From the NCBI RefSeq assembly GCF_009914755.1, contig NC_060927.1: DNA of 64,000 nt; one strand, given 5' to 3'. The notes under the pieces were generated by a model. That model was not told the origin of the DNA and ran no database searches. It saw nothing but the letters and a program-made list of their open reading frames with translations. Positions 14,621 through 28,556 of this stretch are shown one piece after another. The stretch's first letter is position 1. Every line of letters starts with the position of its first letter. The translations under genes were made by a program, and so were the position numbers. The stretch comes from the human T2T-CHM13v2.0 reference genome, Homo sapiens.

Positions 14621-16412
14621 ATGACTAATCACTTGGATTAAATAAGTAAACAAAATATGTATGTATGTACTTGTCTTTAGAAATAATCATTTAATATAGA
14701 AACCTGGGATATTTCCATGAGAGCTTTCTACTCCCCAAAGTTCAATGTCTAGACCTCCATACCAGGAACTCTCCTCAAACAAATGCATCAAAATCACCTG
14801 GTAAAGATAAGGAGGAAAAGGCAAAGCTTCCTTTGGATGGGTCCCCAAGTCCTTGTACAGCTCAACAAGGTGTCAGATTTAAGGAGCTATAATCAATGAA
14901 AACCTAATGTAGAAGGAAAATTGCTTTCACAAATTAGACTTCAGGCCAAAAGGAAATTAAGGGATGGATGCATCATTGCCTCAGAAGGGCTCTCCGAGGT
15001 CCACCCAGCTTATTCCATCTTTTATATTCTCTGTTGATGACCTTCCACAGCAAAGTTCTCATTCTCCACCTCTTTTTTTTTTCTTTTCTTTTTTTTTTTT
15101 TTTTGGACTACAGGATTTAGACAGTTCTTTGTATCCCAGGTCAACCTTGCCTTTGACAAAAATGTAAATTGCTCTTTGCTCCCAAATCCTTGATTTGGCC
15201 TCAGTCAATTCCACCCCAGGCCCAGCTCTCAGGACCTGAGGCTGAATCAGGACAGGTTCCCCACAGATCCAGGAGGAAAATCTGTGAGGAGAAACCCCAA
15301 AATGCTAGGATTAGTGGCAGCAGCAGGAGCCACCCCAACCTGATCACCACACAGAAGACTTGGTCGTTTCACCATCACTCACCCAGAGGACAGGATTTCT
15401 CTCTGCCCTGTACCTCCTACCCAAGTGACTCTTTTGTTAACCTTGGCAAAAGAGCAGTAACAGGGAGAGGCATAGGCCCTACTATCTTTAAACTCTCCTC
15501 AAAGTACCCCGATGGGGGTGGTGAGTCTGAACTCCACTGTCACTAGCTAGAATTATTAGCTTAATAGTGGTGCCAGGAAGTCACAGGAATGGAACCAAAG
15601 CTGGTGCCTCAGTTGTGAGCATATAGTGTCTCTAATTAATCCCACCTGGCTTCATATGATTATCTAGGCAGAAATGCTTCTGGCATTATTCGAACCATAG
15701 AATTCTGCTGGTAGCTACAGAACGTTTTCTTCAAAGCATGCGGCAATGCAAGCAGACAGAATAATTTGCTTCTTATAGATGTGCACACTGGACAAGAGAC
15801 ATCTTCTGAGTGAAATACTACCAGAAACATAACCAATAAGCATTTAAAAAACCCTTGTAAATGGTACCAAATGCAATTTTAAAAACTTTAGAAATTATGG
15901 CGGTTTAAATGTGAATGGCATTTTACAGCTTATAAAGAATTTCCACCCATCTTTCCACTTGAAAAGAAAATAGGAAGTTACTGTCATGCAACTCCAATAT
16001 AAAAACAGCATAAGAAAACATAAGCCTGGTTATATAGGCTTCACAGAAATTCATAATGCTAGATAATTAATTCATGGGAAGAAAATGATTTGCTTTAAGC
16101 CACAGACTGTTTTCAAAAGCTTCTATGTTATGATGACAGCCGTTCTTCATAATCTTTATATTTCAGGCTCTGAAGAAAGCAAAATAAGATCTTCACCTCA
16201 TTTATATGCATCAGAGAAGTGCAAGGAAACATTCCAATGAAACTCACTGTGGCAAAGAATCTATTTAATTGCAGCAATGTATTTGATGTGGGCTCTAGAC
16301 ACAAGGCAAACCCCCAAAGCTGGAAATGATAACTGATGTTTTCGCCAAAGTTTGCCAGTGGCTGGTGACCATCACTTGCCTAATCCTGAGTGGCTGTCTC
16401 TTAGTGGTGGTT

Positions 16413-16414
<2 letters not shown>

Positions 16415-16456
<42 letters not shown>
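16415..16456. repeat. Perfect (GT)21 microsatellite
   Basis: Direct reading. Confidence 0.97.
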
Positions 16457-16458
<2 letters not shown>

Positions 16459-17150
16459 CCTGCCAGATTCTCTGGGTGGTCTGTGGAATATCTAGAATTT
16501 ATGGTTGGCCTTTCCCATGGACAGTTAGGCAAACACTCCAAATGCTATTTCTGGCTGCTTGACTGAGGCGTGGTACCTGGTTTAGTCTCTCCAAAATCAA
16601 ATCAAACGCCAAGGATGCCATTAGAACCTGGTTACTATTAGCATAACTCCTTCATGAGTAAGGGAAGAAATTGCCAACACATACAACATATCCTTTAGAC
16701 CCACAACAAAAAAGGAATCATCTTTTGCCACTCCAAAAAAACAAGAGGAAAGGAGAAATGTAGATTCTATCCTTGTAAGCCCACAGATATCTTCTCTTTA
16801 CTGCTGAGAGTGTCATACCCTGTTCATTCTAATATATGTTAAACACTTTGCACTATAGTTCTCTAAATTTTGAATATCAATAAGAATTTCAAGGCAAAAA
16901 AAATCTACCATTGAAAAGGAAATCTTTCCCCATTGTAAAATGATGATTCAAATTTGATGCTAAGACATCATCTCTTCAAGTTAAAAAATGTAATGCACTT
17001 AGAAGAGTAATACATAAAGTATTTGACGTTATTTACACTTAGTACAAATGAAAGTTCTGAAAATTGATTTAATTTGGGAAGAAGAAAGACTCAAAATACT
17101 AACTCTCCCCAATAAATAATAGGAGAATAAATAAGAAGATAAACAATTAG

Positions 17151-17566
<416 letters not shown>

Positions 17567-17604
17567 AGATTTCTACTGTTCTTAATTGCATCTTTTAAAC
17601 AATG

Positions 17605-17745
17605 GATTCATTCGTTCATTAGTTCAACATTTATTGAAGATCCAGATCCATCTACTATGTGCCAGGTACTGTTATAGATTCTAGGGATACAACAGCAAAC
17701 AAAATAAGAAAAGTCTCTGGTTTTATGGAGCTTTTGGTGCACTAT
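17605..17745 (-). mobile_element. L2 3' end fragment
   Basis: 'ttcattcgttcattagttcaacatttattga..ctactatgtgccaggtactgtt'. Confidence 0.7.
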
Positions 17746-19622
17746 AGTCTTAATATGATTAAATCAAATACTAGAGATATACTGATATTCAAATGTATGA
17801 AGCCATCACCCTGCATGCACTTATAACTCAATGCAAACACCTAGTACACAACTGTGAATCTCACTTTGATCACCAACTCTCCTGTCCTAGGAATTGAGGC
17901 AAGATGACAACATCTCCAGTGACAACATCAAAGAGTCGAGTCAACACCTGTGTGTGTTTTGGGCAAGCTTATTCTGTTTTGGACTGCATTGTCATATCAT
18001 CAATCTCCATTCCCCTCCTCTGGAGAGATATTCTTCTTCACAGAGGAGCTACAACAGGCCAATAGCAGGGTCCCCCCGCCAACCACTTCTGATCTGCACA
18101 GTGTCCTCAAAGCCTTCCTCTCCTATCCCTTTTCATCATATGACTTTGTCTTGCATGTTCTTAAACATCCCTAGCAACGCAGAACTACCTTCTTGAGTCC
18201 ACAATCTGATTGCTGAGTGAAAAACAATCCCTGTCTTTTTTGTCAGTGGTACTATTAACTCCTCAGGCCACCTCCCTTTCATTGAGAGATAGAAACTAGT
18301 TTCTGCAACATTATAAAATTATTCCTCTAGCCTAAATATATCTTCCTCAACTCATCTCCTAAAAAGCTTTCTAAAACAAATACTACCCTGGAGATTCTGA
18401 TTCAACAGGTTTCAGGCAGGAGTCATATAGCTTTTTTTTTTTTTAAACCACAGGTCACTCAGATGTTCATCTAAGTTTGAGAGCGTTGCCCAGAGAGTTA
18501 ATCAGTTAAAATATACCTAACATAACTTACATAGTGACCTCAACTTCCCCTCACATGCACCTCCTGCTTACTTCCTCAGTTTCCCTCCAGATATGTCATC
18601 TCCTTCCCATATTTCAATCTAAACATTTGTACTTGTGACCACACCTGGTTGCATCATTCAGTATCTCTCCATCACCATCTCTTTTATATTCCTAGGTGAT
18701 CTTAGACTAGGCACTGCTTCCATCTGGCTCTTTTCATACTTTATTTCTAATCTATCGGGATTAGATTCTTGCCAACATTGTCTAGACTAGACTTGATTTT
18801 TAGGCCATTTAAAATAAGCACTGAGGCAAAAAAATAATCTAGAAATCAAAGTATTATTCTACTGCCCCTATAACTTCCATTCAAAACAACCTGGCCTGGG
18901 TCTGACTGGGGCATGGGCACAAATGGACCATCTTGACTTCCTGGGAAAAGGCAGCGAAAGAGGAAGAAGTTGTAAGAGAGGGTACCCAGCTATGGAGTGT
19001 TAGAAAGTCCCCATCTCCTGCCATGAATCTCAAACCAGTACTGACCAGATAAAGCAGTGGGGTGGCAAGAGGGAAGAAAGGGTGATAGCAGCAGGAAGGA
19101 AGATGGTGGGACAGCTACCAGTGCGTATGGTGGATTGTGGCACTGAGTATACAAAACTGGGACATGTTGCAAATACAGAACAATAGTTTATTATCCCTTG
19201 ATGTATTGCTTTCAAGAATTCAGCAAAAGTGGGCAATTAGGCTCAAAAGAGGGTGATAAAGAAAGCCAATGTCATAGACTTCTTCATTGGGGATGATGTA
19301 ACAGGAAAAGCCACATATACCATGAAGTGGTGAACCCACCATGGTTTAGTTGAAGACTGTTGACAGAAAGGTTTGGAGCAAGTAATCTTTAAATACTTAA
19401 AGCAGAACATGTGGGTCATTACTTTCTTTTCACCAAACGTCCACTGAATGCTCCAGAAAACAGAATATGCTACCGAAATAGTGTTTGAGTTCTTCAATAT
19501 TCCAGGCTCATACATAGCCATACAGGCTGTTCTTGCATTAGCAGCATCCTGAGCATCAAAACAAATAAGAAAACAGGCATTGACTGGTATGGGAAGAGAT
19601 AGTAAAGATGGTGGCACTCCTG

Positions 19623-19703
19623 TCCCACCTCCAACTGAAGGATATGGGGTTGGCAACTGCCATCCCACCTCCAGCTGAAGGATATGGGGTTGGCAACTGC
19701 CAT
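19623..19703. repeat. 40-bp tandem duplication within the ACTR3 pseudogene
   Basis: tcccacctcca[a/g]ctgaaggatatggggttggcaactgcca twice, one mismatch. Confidence 0.97.
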
Positions 19704-20016
19704 AAGCACATTCCAATCATAGGGCAAGCATCACATATTTCATTCAGCAACTGTTCAGAGGCTGAGAAGTAGAAATTCCTTCAGAGCAATCCCTAGAAAC
19801 AGCTACTGCAGTAAAGGAGTGCTACAGTTATGTCTGCCCAGATTTAGTAAAAGAATTTAACAAGTATGACACAGATGGGCCAAGTGGATTAAACAGTATA
19901 CTGGAATCAGGGCAATCTCAAAGAAAGAATTTTCCATTGACATTAGTTATGAGAGATCTTTGTGACTTGAAATCTTTTTTCACCCAGAATTTGCTAATTA
20001 TGACTTCACACAACTA

Positions 20017-20382
<366 letters not shown>

Positions 20383-21167
20383 TCAGAGTTTTCTCTGCAA
20401 GAATATTAACCTCACTGAACTGGATATGCAGGAACTTTGAGTATTGTTTTTATATTTTGAAGGAAAAAAAGTGACCAAGATAAATTTTTTTAAGTAGCCT
20501 CACACACACACAACGTGAATGTATTTAATGTCACTGAAGTATATGCTTAAAATAGTTAAAATAATCACCTTTATGCAATGTATTTGCTTTTTAACAATTT
20601 AAAAGATAAATAAATGCATTCTTAAGTAGCCCTATGACACTTAGCATTACTCATTCATGAGACAAGGAATCCCAGTAATTATGAATTTCTACCATCCTCC
20701 CCACAAAAACAATTTGGTTTTTGTTACAAGTGCTTTTAGAACTAAGAAGTTAATATCTTAGATAAAGTCTACTCATATTCTTTTTCTTGTTAAAAAAAAA
20801 AAAAAAAAAGGCAAGACTGTTGGACCAGTTATACTTCATGTGCTAAAAAAGCAGTATTCACAACATTTCGGTATTGCCACACTATTTAGCCTCCTCATAT
20901 TGAGATTTTCTCCTAGTTCACATGTCTAAGCAGGTATCTCAGACCCAGTGTGTGAGGGGCAGTCGGAGAGGCTGGTGCTGTGTGTGCAAACAATTGTCTG
21001 CTTCTGAGGGAGAAGATGTTGACCTCTCTTATTAAGGCTCCTGTGGCAGGAATGACTGACAATGCCAGGGCTCAAATCTCTATTAGCTGATTTGGGGTGG
21101 TTTTGATGGACTTGTTTCCTCTTTGCTCTTTAACAGTAAACAGCAAGTTGGCAACATTTATGGGCAA

Positions 21168-21292
21168 TTTTTTTTTTTTTTTTTTTTGAGACGGAGTCTC
21201 GCTGTCTCCCAGGCTGGAGTGCAGTGGCGCGATCTCGGCTCACTGCAGGCTCTGCCCCCCGGGGTTCACGCCATTCTCCTGCCTCAGTCTCC
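21168..21292 (-). mobile_element. 5'-truncated young AluY (Ye-like), right arm only
   Basis: Sense reads 'gagaatggcgtgaaccccggggggcagagcctgcagtgagccgagatcgcgccactgc..gacagcgagactccgtctc' plus pure A tail; most CpGs retained. Confidence 0.88.
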
Positions 21293-22664
21293 TGGCAAAT
21301 ATTTTTATAATAATTCAGAAAGGATCATTAGTATCGTTCCATTGTTGCAATAATGTGAAATGTATTTGAGAAAGATGTATGCAGATTTTGGTAGGACTTT
21401 CATGAAAACATTAGTTCCCAAAAGTAATTTGTTATTTCTATTTTTTCCCAAGAAAGAGGCTGAAACATTGAATAGCTTTAAATGTCTAGCCCTAGACATA
21501 TCTTATGCAATCTGTGTACTCTCCATTCTCCAGTTGCTTTTGAAAAGAACTGAAGTGCTCCTGGGCGATGCTCTTTAGTGACAGAGTTTTGATTATCTCA
21601 TTGGGTCTCACCTTCTTACCTGTTCTTCTGACTCCATCAAGCAAACCATAGTGTATATGGTCAACAGTCTATGCCCAGAAATTCTAAGAACAATAGGAAG
21701 ACCTACAATGACTATGAGTCTTTCATCCACTTTAAAGCAAACCTTCATCACTGTCATTGATTTTTTCATGTGTTTTGTTTGTAATACTGAAAAGAATAAG
21801 GAGGCCAGTAGCTGTTTCCATCAAGAAGCAAGCACTGGCTAAGTATATGCTGTGCACCCAGCATTGTGCTACAGGGATATAAGCTTAAAACATGGTCACT
21901 ATTCTCAAGAAGATTGCAACACAGTTGAAAGGGCAGGATATGCACACAGAAACTTTTAGGGGAAGAAGTGGGCATCAGGAAAAATAACGTGTGTTGTCTC
22001 CTGACTTAGTGCATTGTGTGGTCTCACACCTATGTCTCAGCCAAGTTTGTTTGCTCCTGATGTTGGCCACGTTAACTCCAGGTTCTCCTTGATTCTAACT
22101 CTTAGCTAATTAAAGAGAAATATTTTGTCCCTGTTGCTTTCAAAGCATCATGCTCCCCTACTGGATGCTCCCAAAACCTGAGCGGTCATGTACTCCATCT
22201 CCACCTACATTATGCTAGGATGCAAAAAAGGATGATTTTTGCTAGTACAGAAATAGTTCTGTACAGATTTCACCTTGGCTGTGGCTGAAGGCCATAGGAG
22301 GAACCCAGGAGGTTTAAGTTAGAGGCAAATCTAAGCAAGACACCCCATGATGTATGCAAATCACCACCTACTACTAACTTACAGTTCTTAGTAATCATGG
22401 TATTTCCCCTGCCAGGTGAGAATGACCTGTAGTCCTTAGTCCATGTTCACACACCTTGACTCTTCTGGCCTTCAGACTGATTTCTCCTCAATCCTCAATG
22501 CAAATTACCCCACATGAGCTCATTTCGTTATCCTTCCCCAAAAAATGTCCATTGTTTAATGATAGCTGAGAAGTTTATATTGGAACCCCCACTATGACAT
22601 AAAAATTCAGGAACTGACACAAGCAGACCTCTCCATCCATTCAACCTTACCCACTTTTACTATC

Positions 22665-23111
22665 TATAGTGGGTTGACAGTGTCCTGCCAAAAGATATGT
22701 TCAAGTCCTAATGCCTGGCACCTGTGAATGTGATCTTATTTGTAAATAGGGTCTTTACAGATGTCATTAAATCAAGTATCTCTTGGGGAGACCATCCTGG
22801 ATTCAGGATGGGCCTTAAATTCAATGACCAGTGTCCTTAAAAGAGAAACGAAAAAAGGATTAAAGACACAGAGACCCAAGGGAGAAGGCCATGTAAAGAC
22901 AGGGGCAGAGATGGGAGGGATGCATCTACAAGCCAAGGAACACCAAAGAGTGCCACCTGAAAATGGAAAGGCGCAGAGCACAGTTTCTCCCTCAGAGTCT
23001 CCAGAAGGAACCAGCCCTGCCAACACCTTCATTCCAGGACTTCTAGCCTCTGGAACTGTGAGAGAATACATTTATAGTAATTGGTTACAGCAGCCTTAGG
23101 AAACAAATACA
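22665..23111 (+). mobile_element. MLT1C-like MaLR solo LTR
   Basis: 'aaaagatatgttcaagtcctaat..gtgaatgtgatcttatttgtaaatagggtcttt', end 'ggttacagcagccttaggaaacaaataca'; TSD-like ctatc/ctagc. Confidence 0.88.
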
Positions 23112-24523
23112 CTAGCTAACAGTCACTTCATTGTCCCTGAAATATAACATCCTCTTTCCCACACCCATACCTTTGCTTACCAATTCCCCTACTCAGAATG
23201 CGATATCCTTCACCTTTTCTCTCATGCCTCTTAACCTTCAGGCTTCTCTCAAATCCTACTTATTCCAAGCAATTTTCCCCAATTGATCCTAACCACTTAT
23301 ATTCCTGTTTACCTTGATATATATAATACACTGTTTTCCCTTACTACGTAAGGTTCTGTGTTTCCTTAAAGACATGGAAAGTTCCATGAGTACAGATTCT
23401 GATGCTGTGCCTATATAACATTAAACTGGTAAGTGCTTGGTGAAGATATATTTAATTATTGTACATCATTTGGTAACCCAAGAAAATGGGCTTCACAGGC
23501 TGGTAAATAACAGCTGCAGCACCACTGACAGTAACAATTAAATCTCAGGGATCTTAAGCTTACTCACTCCACAGAGAATCCTCTGGGATACATCTACTAT
23601 AGCTCAATTACAATGGGATGAAGAAGGTCCCATGTCATTCCCCTGAAGTGCTGCTTAAGGCTGAAACTCCACCGCAAAAGCTGTTACTGTCACCCTGTCA
23701 TTGTTTTTGTAAAATTAAAGGGGACCCACAGGAGGTTCTCACAGCAAGACCGTATAAATAGTGTTACAGTAATTAGTGATACTGAAGATCGTTGATGTAT
23801 TTTGGTCACAGAGGTCTGAGGCTGCTGAGGCCAGATTGAAATTTAAAAAAAATTAATAGTAAAATAAAATGAATGAAAATGACTCAATAGAAATGTTCAA
23901 ATATTTCTTTGTGATCCAAGCACGAATAAAACATTTTCTCAGAGTGAAATGGCCTTAAGTAGACATTTTCAAATTATCTTTCCTTTTATTCTTTCTTTCA
24001 TTCCAGCCAGCAGCTTTAGAAAAACACTCTTATTTTCATACCTTCTTGGCTACACATTTTCAGGACTCTCAAGTAGAAAATAATTACCCAACTGTCTGTG
24101 AAAGGTAGATGACCTGAGATCTTCAAGGCCAAAGCTGATCTAGAGTGAAGTTATCAACCAGCTGTCAGAGACGCCATTAGGACATAATACGCAGTGGACA
24201 CTTCTCCTTCTGGCCTCTCTGATTAATAGAATATGAGTTGTGAGGTGACAAACTGGGTGGGATTGGGAGGATACTGTAGAAGACACCTTATTGAGACTTC
24301 CAAATCATCATGGAAGTTTCCCTCTCTGAGTTGGTCTCAGGCCTGGGCATTGCCTGCCTCCCGTGGTGGAGTGGAATCCATGTGGTCAATAGAATTGTTT
24401 AAGCTTTCCCAAGCCAACAAGTCCTGCCTCTCCTAACATCTCAGGATCCCAAGGAGAATGGACACTAGGTCCTGGTGAGGATAACTAATGATACCCTTTC
24501 ACTCTTTCACTTATCACCAAGCC

Positions 24524-24680
24524 TAGCTAGGCAGATATTTCATACCCGGGCTCCACGTGTCCTACAGACACATGGACTCTGCACTCCATTAGCCCACTCC
24601 CACTGGCCACCCACCACATGCCATACCTCTGGAGCTATAGAGCTGCCACAGTGACCTCACCTGTTTCCCAGGACAGCAGT
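24524..24680. repeat. Diverged direct repeat, copy 1 (copy 2 at 25632-25791)
   Basis: Colinear similarity over ~155 bp including identical agcccactcccactggccacccacc. Confidence 0.9.
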
Positions 24681-24801
24681 TCTTCTTCAAAGTGCAGATT
24701 TTCCTTCTCCTCTTTATACTTGGTCAGGATGAGTTCCTAGAGAAAAATTAAACCTCAAGAGACATATTCCTTCCCTGTCTTTCCCTTCTTCTCCCTCATT
24801 T

Positions 24802-24820
24802 TCTCTCTCTCTCTCTCTCT

Positions 24821-24856
<36 letters not shown>

Positions 24857-24869
24857 TACACATACACAC
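24802..24869. repeat. Compound (TC)n(CA)n microsatellite
   Basis: Direct reading. Confidence 0.9.
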
Positions 24870-25247
24870 GCATGCATCTGGAGAGCCAAACTTGGCTCAT
24901 TATTTCCTTTTCTGTAATGTACATGTATTCAGTAGGTTATGAAGTATCAAAAAACTTAAAAAGCTTTCCTAACATACTGGGGAGGAAAACAAAACCAAGT
25001 ATTGGTCTGTTTGGTGGAGATGTTTGTGATATTCAAGGCCCTATTGCTGACCCTGTGGGTTGGCACAGCACTCACACATACAGAGCAGGCGGGATAGTGA
25101 CTGGCATAAGTGCCGCCTGCCACCACCTTTCTGGGTCTTCTAGGCTTCGTGGCAAGCCATCTCTCAGAGACCTACAGTCTTCTTCTGAAATCTGGTCTGT
25201 ATTATCAACACTCTGGGTCTGCAAATAGTTCTGTACATTCCAGAAAA

Positions 25248-25420
25248 AATAGTTCTCAATCTGGGCTAGACATTAGACTCACCTGGAAAAATGTATTAAA
25301 TAGCTGATGCCTGGGCCTCGCCCTAAAGATTCTGGTTTAATTAGCCAGGAGTTGTTCTCCTGGATCAGGGGATTAAAAGTTTCCCAGGTGGCTATAACGT
25401 ATGGCGTAGATTAAGTGGAC
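25248..25420. mobile_element. MER5-type hAT-Charlie MITE remnant
   Basis: 'agttctcaatctgggctagacattagactcacctgg..tgatgcctgggcctcgccctaaagattctggtttaatt'. Confidence 0.65.
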
Positions 25421-25631
25421 TTGGGAATGGGGGTGGTAGGAAGTGGGTCAGAGTTCAAATGGCACAGCCTTGATGTAAATTCATATTTGCAAGTAGATTT
25501 GAGAGGAAAATTAGACACTAATTCCTCTCACAATCAGTATCGTAACCCTGCTTCTGCTCCCTATTACAACTATTTCCCTTTCAACTGCAGCTTAAAACAA
25601 ATATTAAAAATTTTGTCATAAACAGTATTGT

Positions 25632-25791
25632 TAGCTAAGCAAAGATTTCACACCAAGGCTCCACATGTCCCACAGAAAGGACTCTGCAATTTATGAGCCC
25701 ACTCCCACTGGCCACCCACCCCACCACCTGCCATAACCACTGGAGCTAGAAAACTGCTACAGTGACCTCACCCATTCACCAAAACAGCAGT
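25632..25791. repeat. Diverged direct repeat, copy 2
   Basis: Matches 24524-24680 (ggctccac.tgtcc, ggactctgca, ctggagcta, acagtgacctcacc, acagcagt). Confidence 0.9.
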
Positions 25792-26982
25792 GTTTCCGTC
25801 TACTGTCCATTCTCCTTCCATTTACTGTCTCTGTAGGAAGATGTAAATGTTGGCATTGCATTAGAGAGTGAGGAGAACAAACGTTACCATCCTAAGTGAA
25901 CTCAGAATGTGTTCATCACATCACCTTACCCTGCATTCACTTATTTTCCTCCAAACCCAAAGCAGGAAAAAGAGGTCTACCTTTCCTGTCTTGTGCAGTC
26001 ATAGGCTATTTTAATTAGAAGAAAGTATAGATAATTAACTGGAAGGCCTTATTCTATTATAAAAAAAGAAGCTAATTATTTCTCCAAAAAATACTAGTAA
26101 ATAACACCCTTACGTGACATATTGTCATAACCCTGTTCAAACGAGGACAAGGCCAGTTTATCAGATTTTCCTCTGACTCATAAAATTCTCCACTCCTCCA
26201 GAGCCTACAATTCAATTACAGAGAGAAACTATAAACTACCCTACCCTGTAGAGTGCAGGAGAAAAAATTAGCCATCATCTTTATTTATGAGTATTCTAAA
26301 CAAAGAAGCTGGCAAATGTGGATACAGTCGATGTCTCCCAGGCCACACCAACCAGGGGGTAAAAATAGGGTCACCATGTGTTTTATGCAGGATTTTCTGG
26401 CTTTGTTCTCCAGCTACTCTGCCAAAACTTTAGTCCCCTCTTAGAAAACTCTCAAAGAATTCTGGGAGAGAGGTACTAGAACTGATGCTTGTGTTTGCCA
26501 TGGGTTTCTGTGCTTTTCATCTGTCCTGCTCAAGCTCCCAGAGGAGATAGTGCCTGTCTCAGAGGAATCCAAAGTTGTGAGCTACACCAGCACCACCTGC
26601 TAAAGATGATAGCACAGCTGCCCATGTTAAGAGTGCCACGGCCACACTCCAAAGGCACAGTCTTCACTCCTGGATCAGCTGCTGTTACAGAGCTGATAAT
26701 GGCTTCAGCGATCCGGAGAGGCTCTCGAAGAATGGCTGTTCCTCACCTGACTCTTTCTTGGAGTCCCCTTGCCCCGAGACTTAGGCAACTCCATGGAGTA
26801 TGGGCCAGAGAACAATATGGTTGAAAGGCATCTGCTCTATTTAAAAGCATTTCTCTCCTCTGGATGTGGTCCATTCTTCCAGAATCAAGCATGTTTGCCT
26901 TCATTTTCACTTATGAAATTTTTTTACTGGAGACTCTTCAAGTTCACCAACTCCTCTGGCCCCACTCCTAGTCTTCTGGATG

Positions 26983-27310
26983 TATTCATTCATTCAAGGA
27001 CTATGCTAGACACTGAGTGAGGATACAACAATGACCTAGAAAGACCGTCTCCTCCTCATAGACCAAGGTCGATGAGCAAGTTCCCAAGTGGGTAGTTCAG
27101 TATGCTGTGTGCATGCAGAGGACAAACGCTTCCTCCTGATACTAGTGTAGTCGAGGAAAGGATCTCACAAGAAAGAAATGACCTTGGAACTTAAACTTGA
27201 TGAAGAATCAAAAGTTAAAGAAACGAGAGAGAGAGTGGGAGTTAAGGGAGGAGAGATAATTCCAGACATAAATAACATGCACAAAGCCCCAGAGGTCAGG
27301 TAGAGCATAT
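26983..27310 (-). mobile_element. L2 3' fragment
   Basis: 'tattcattcattcaa..ctatgctagacactg', 'attccagacataaataacatgcacaaagccccagagg'. Confidence 0.6.
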
Positions 27311-27488
27311 CAAATGCCACAGATAACCTCAGAATCCTCACTTTCATCAGACATTTTAACTTTCTGCACCAACAACTTGTAACCACAAAGGGGGAAGAAA
27401 TGACTGATTGAGCTTGATCTCCTCAGTTTGTCTTTGAGAAGATGTTAATTCAGTGGGGACAGGCCCTGAAGGCAAAATCAGATGAAAA

Positions 27489-27679
27489 TAGAATTGCCAG
27501 ATAAAATACAGAATGCCCAGTTAAAATTGAATTTTAGATAAATAGTGATAATTGTATAGTATAAATATGTCTCAGATATGGCATGGGATATACTTATGCT
27601 AAAAAGTATTTGCTTTTTATCTGGAATTCTAATTTAACTGGGCATATTGTATTTTTATTTGCTAAATCTGGCAGCCCAA
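27489..27679. mobile_element. MER53 palindromic hAT-type MITE, full length
   Basis: Termini 'tagaattgccagat' and 'atctggcagcccaa'; internal arms tgcccagttaaa/tttaactgggca; ~190 bp fold-back. Confidence 0.9.
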
Positions 27680-28454
27680 GATCATGAATATGACCACAAA
27701 CTTGGTCACTTCTCACTGGAAAATCAATTGGAAAAAGAAGAGATAAGATTACAAGAGCAGACATCAATGGTAAAAACATAAAAATGCAACTCAAAAAAAA
27801 AGGGCTACAACAGGCCAGCCAACTTTCTTGTCTGAATTCTAAATAACTAAAACCCATGGAGAATGCTCTACAATAGAAAGTAGTGGGTTCATTGCCAGAG
27901 GCACTTCACAAGAGCAGGATTACAGAGGAAGGACTCCTAAGACTGAGTCCCCAAGTCACTAGTAACCATCTGCTTGGTTAATGAACCTGATACCAACAGA
28001 AAAAACTCCCTGAAGTCATCAAACAACAGGGACAGCTACTCCTGAACTTGTGGTCACATAAAACCAAGGTGTTGACTACATCAGGTTCTTAAGAATTTTG
28101 TAGGGTGGAAGGATGTCTAAATGTATGCGTGTTTGTCTTCTGCATCTCATTGTAATACAGCCCCGGGCCCTGTCACATGGGCCAGTCTCAATATGTGGGC
28201 CTCAGAAGAAAGTGGATGAGAATCAGCACATCCACTAGAAAGCGGAAAATTCATGGCAGCAAGAAACAAACCAACAAAACAGATCAGCAGTGGGGAGGGG
28301 AAAGATTTGCTCCTTTCTTAGTCTTGATCTGAAGAACAGTAGTATTTGATAAGAAAATTAAATGGAAAGGAGGGTAGTCATAAATAAAAACATCATAGAT
28401 AAAGTTATGAGACTTTGGTGCGTTTAATGTCTCCATATGGCAGCCTTTAGGTAT

Positions 28455-28556
28455 ATGTGTGTGTCTGTCTGGTGTGTGTGTGTGTATGTGTGCTTGTGTG
28501 TGTCTGTGTGTGTGTGAGAGAGAGAGAGACAGAGAGAAAGAACGAGAAAGAGAGAA
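28455..28556. repeat. Compound (TG)n(AG)n low-complexity repeat
   Basis: Direct reading. Confidence 0.85.

Noticed and set aside
14964-15546. 67-aa and 125-aa ORFs in unique sequence
   Set aside because: No recognisable domain or supported exon structure; lengths are expected by chance.
19243-19750. Minus-strand ORFs up to 157 aa with repeated peptides
   Set aside because: Antisense frames of the ACTR3 pseudogene; the repeats come from the 40-bp duplication.
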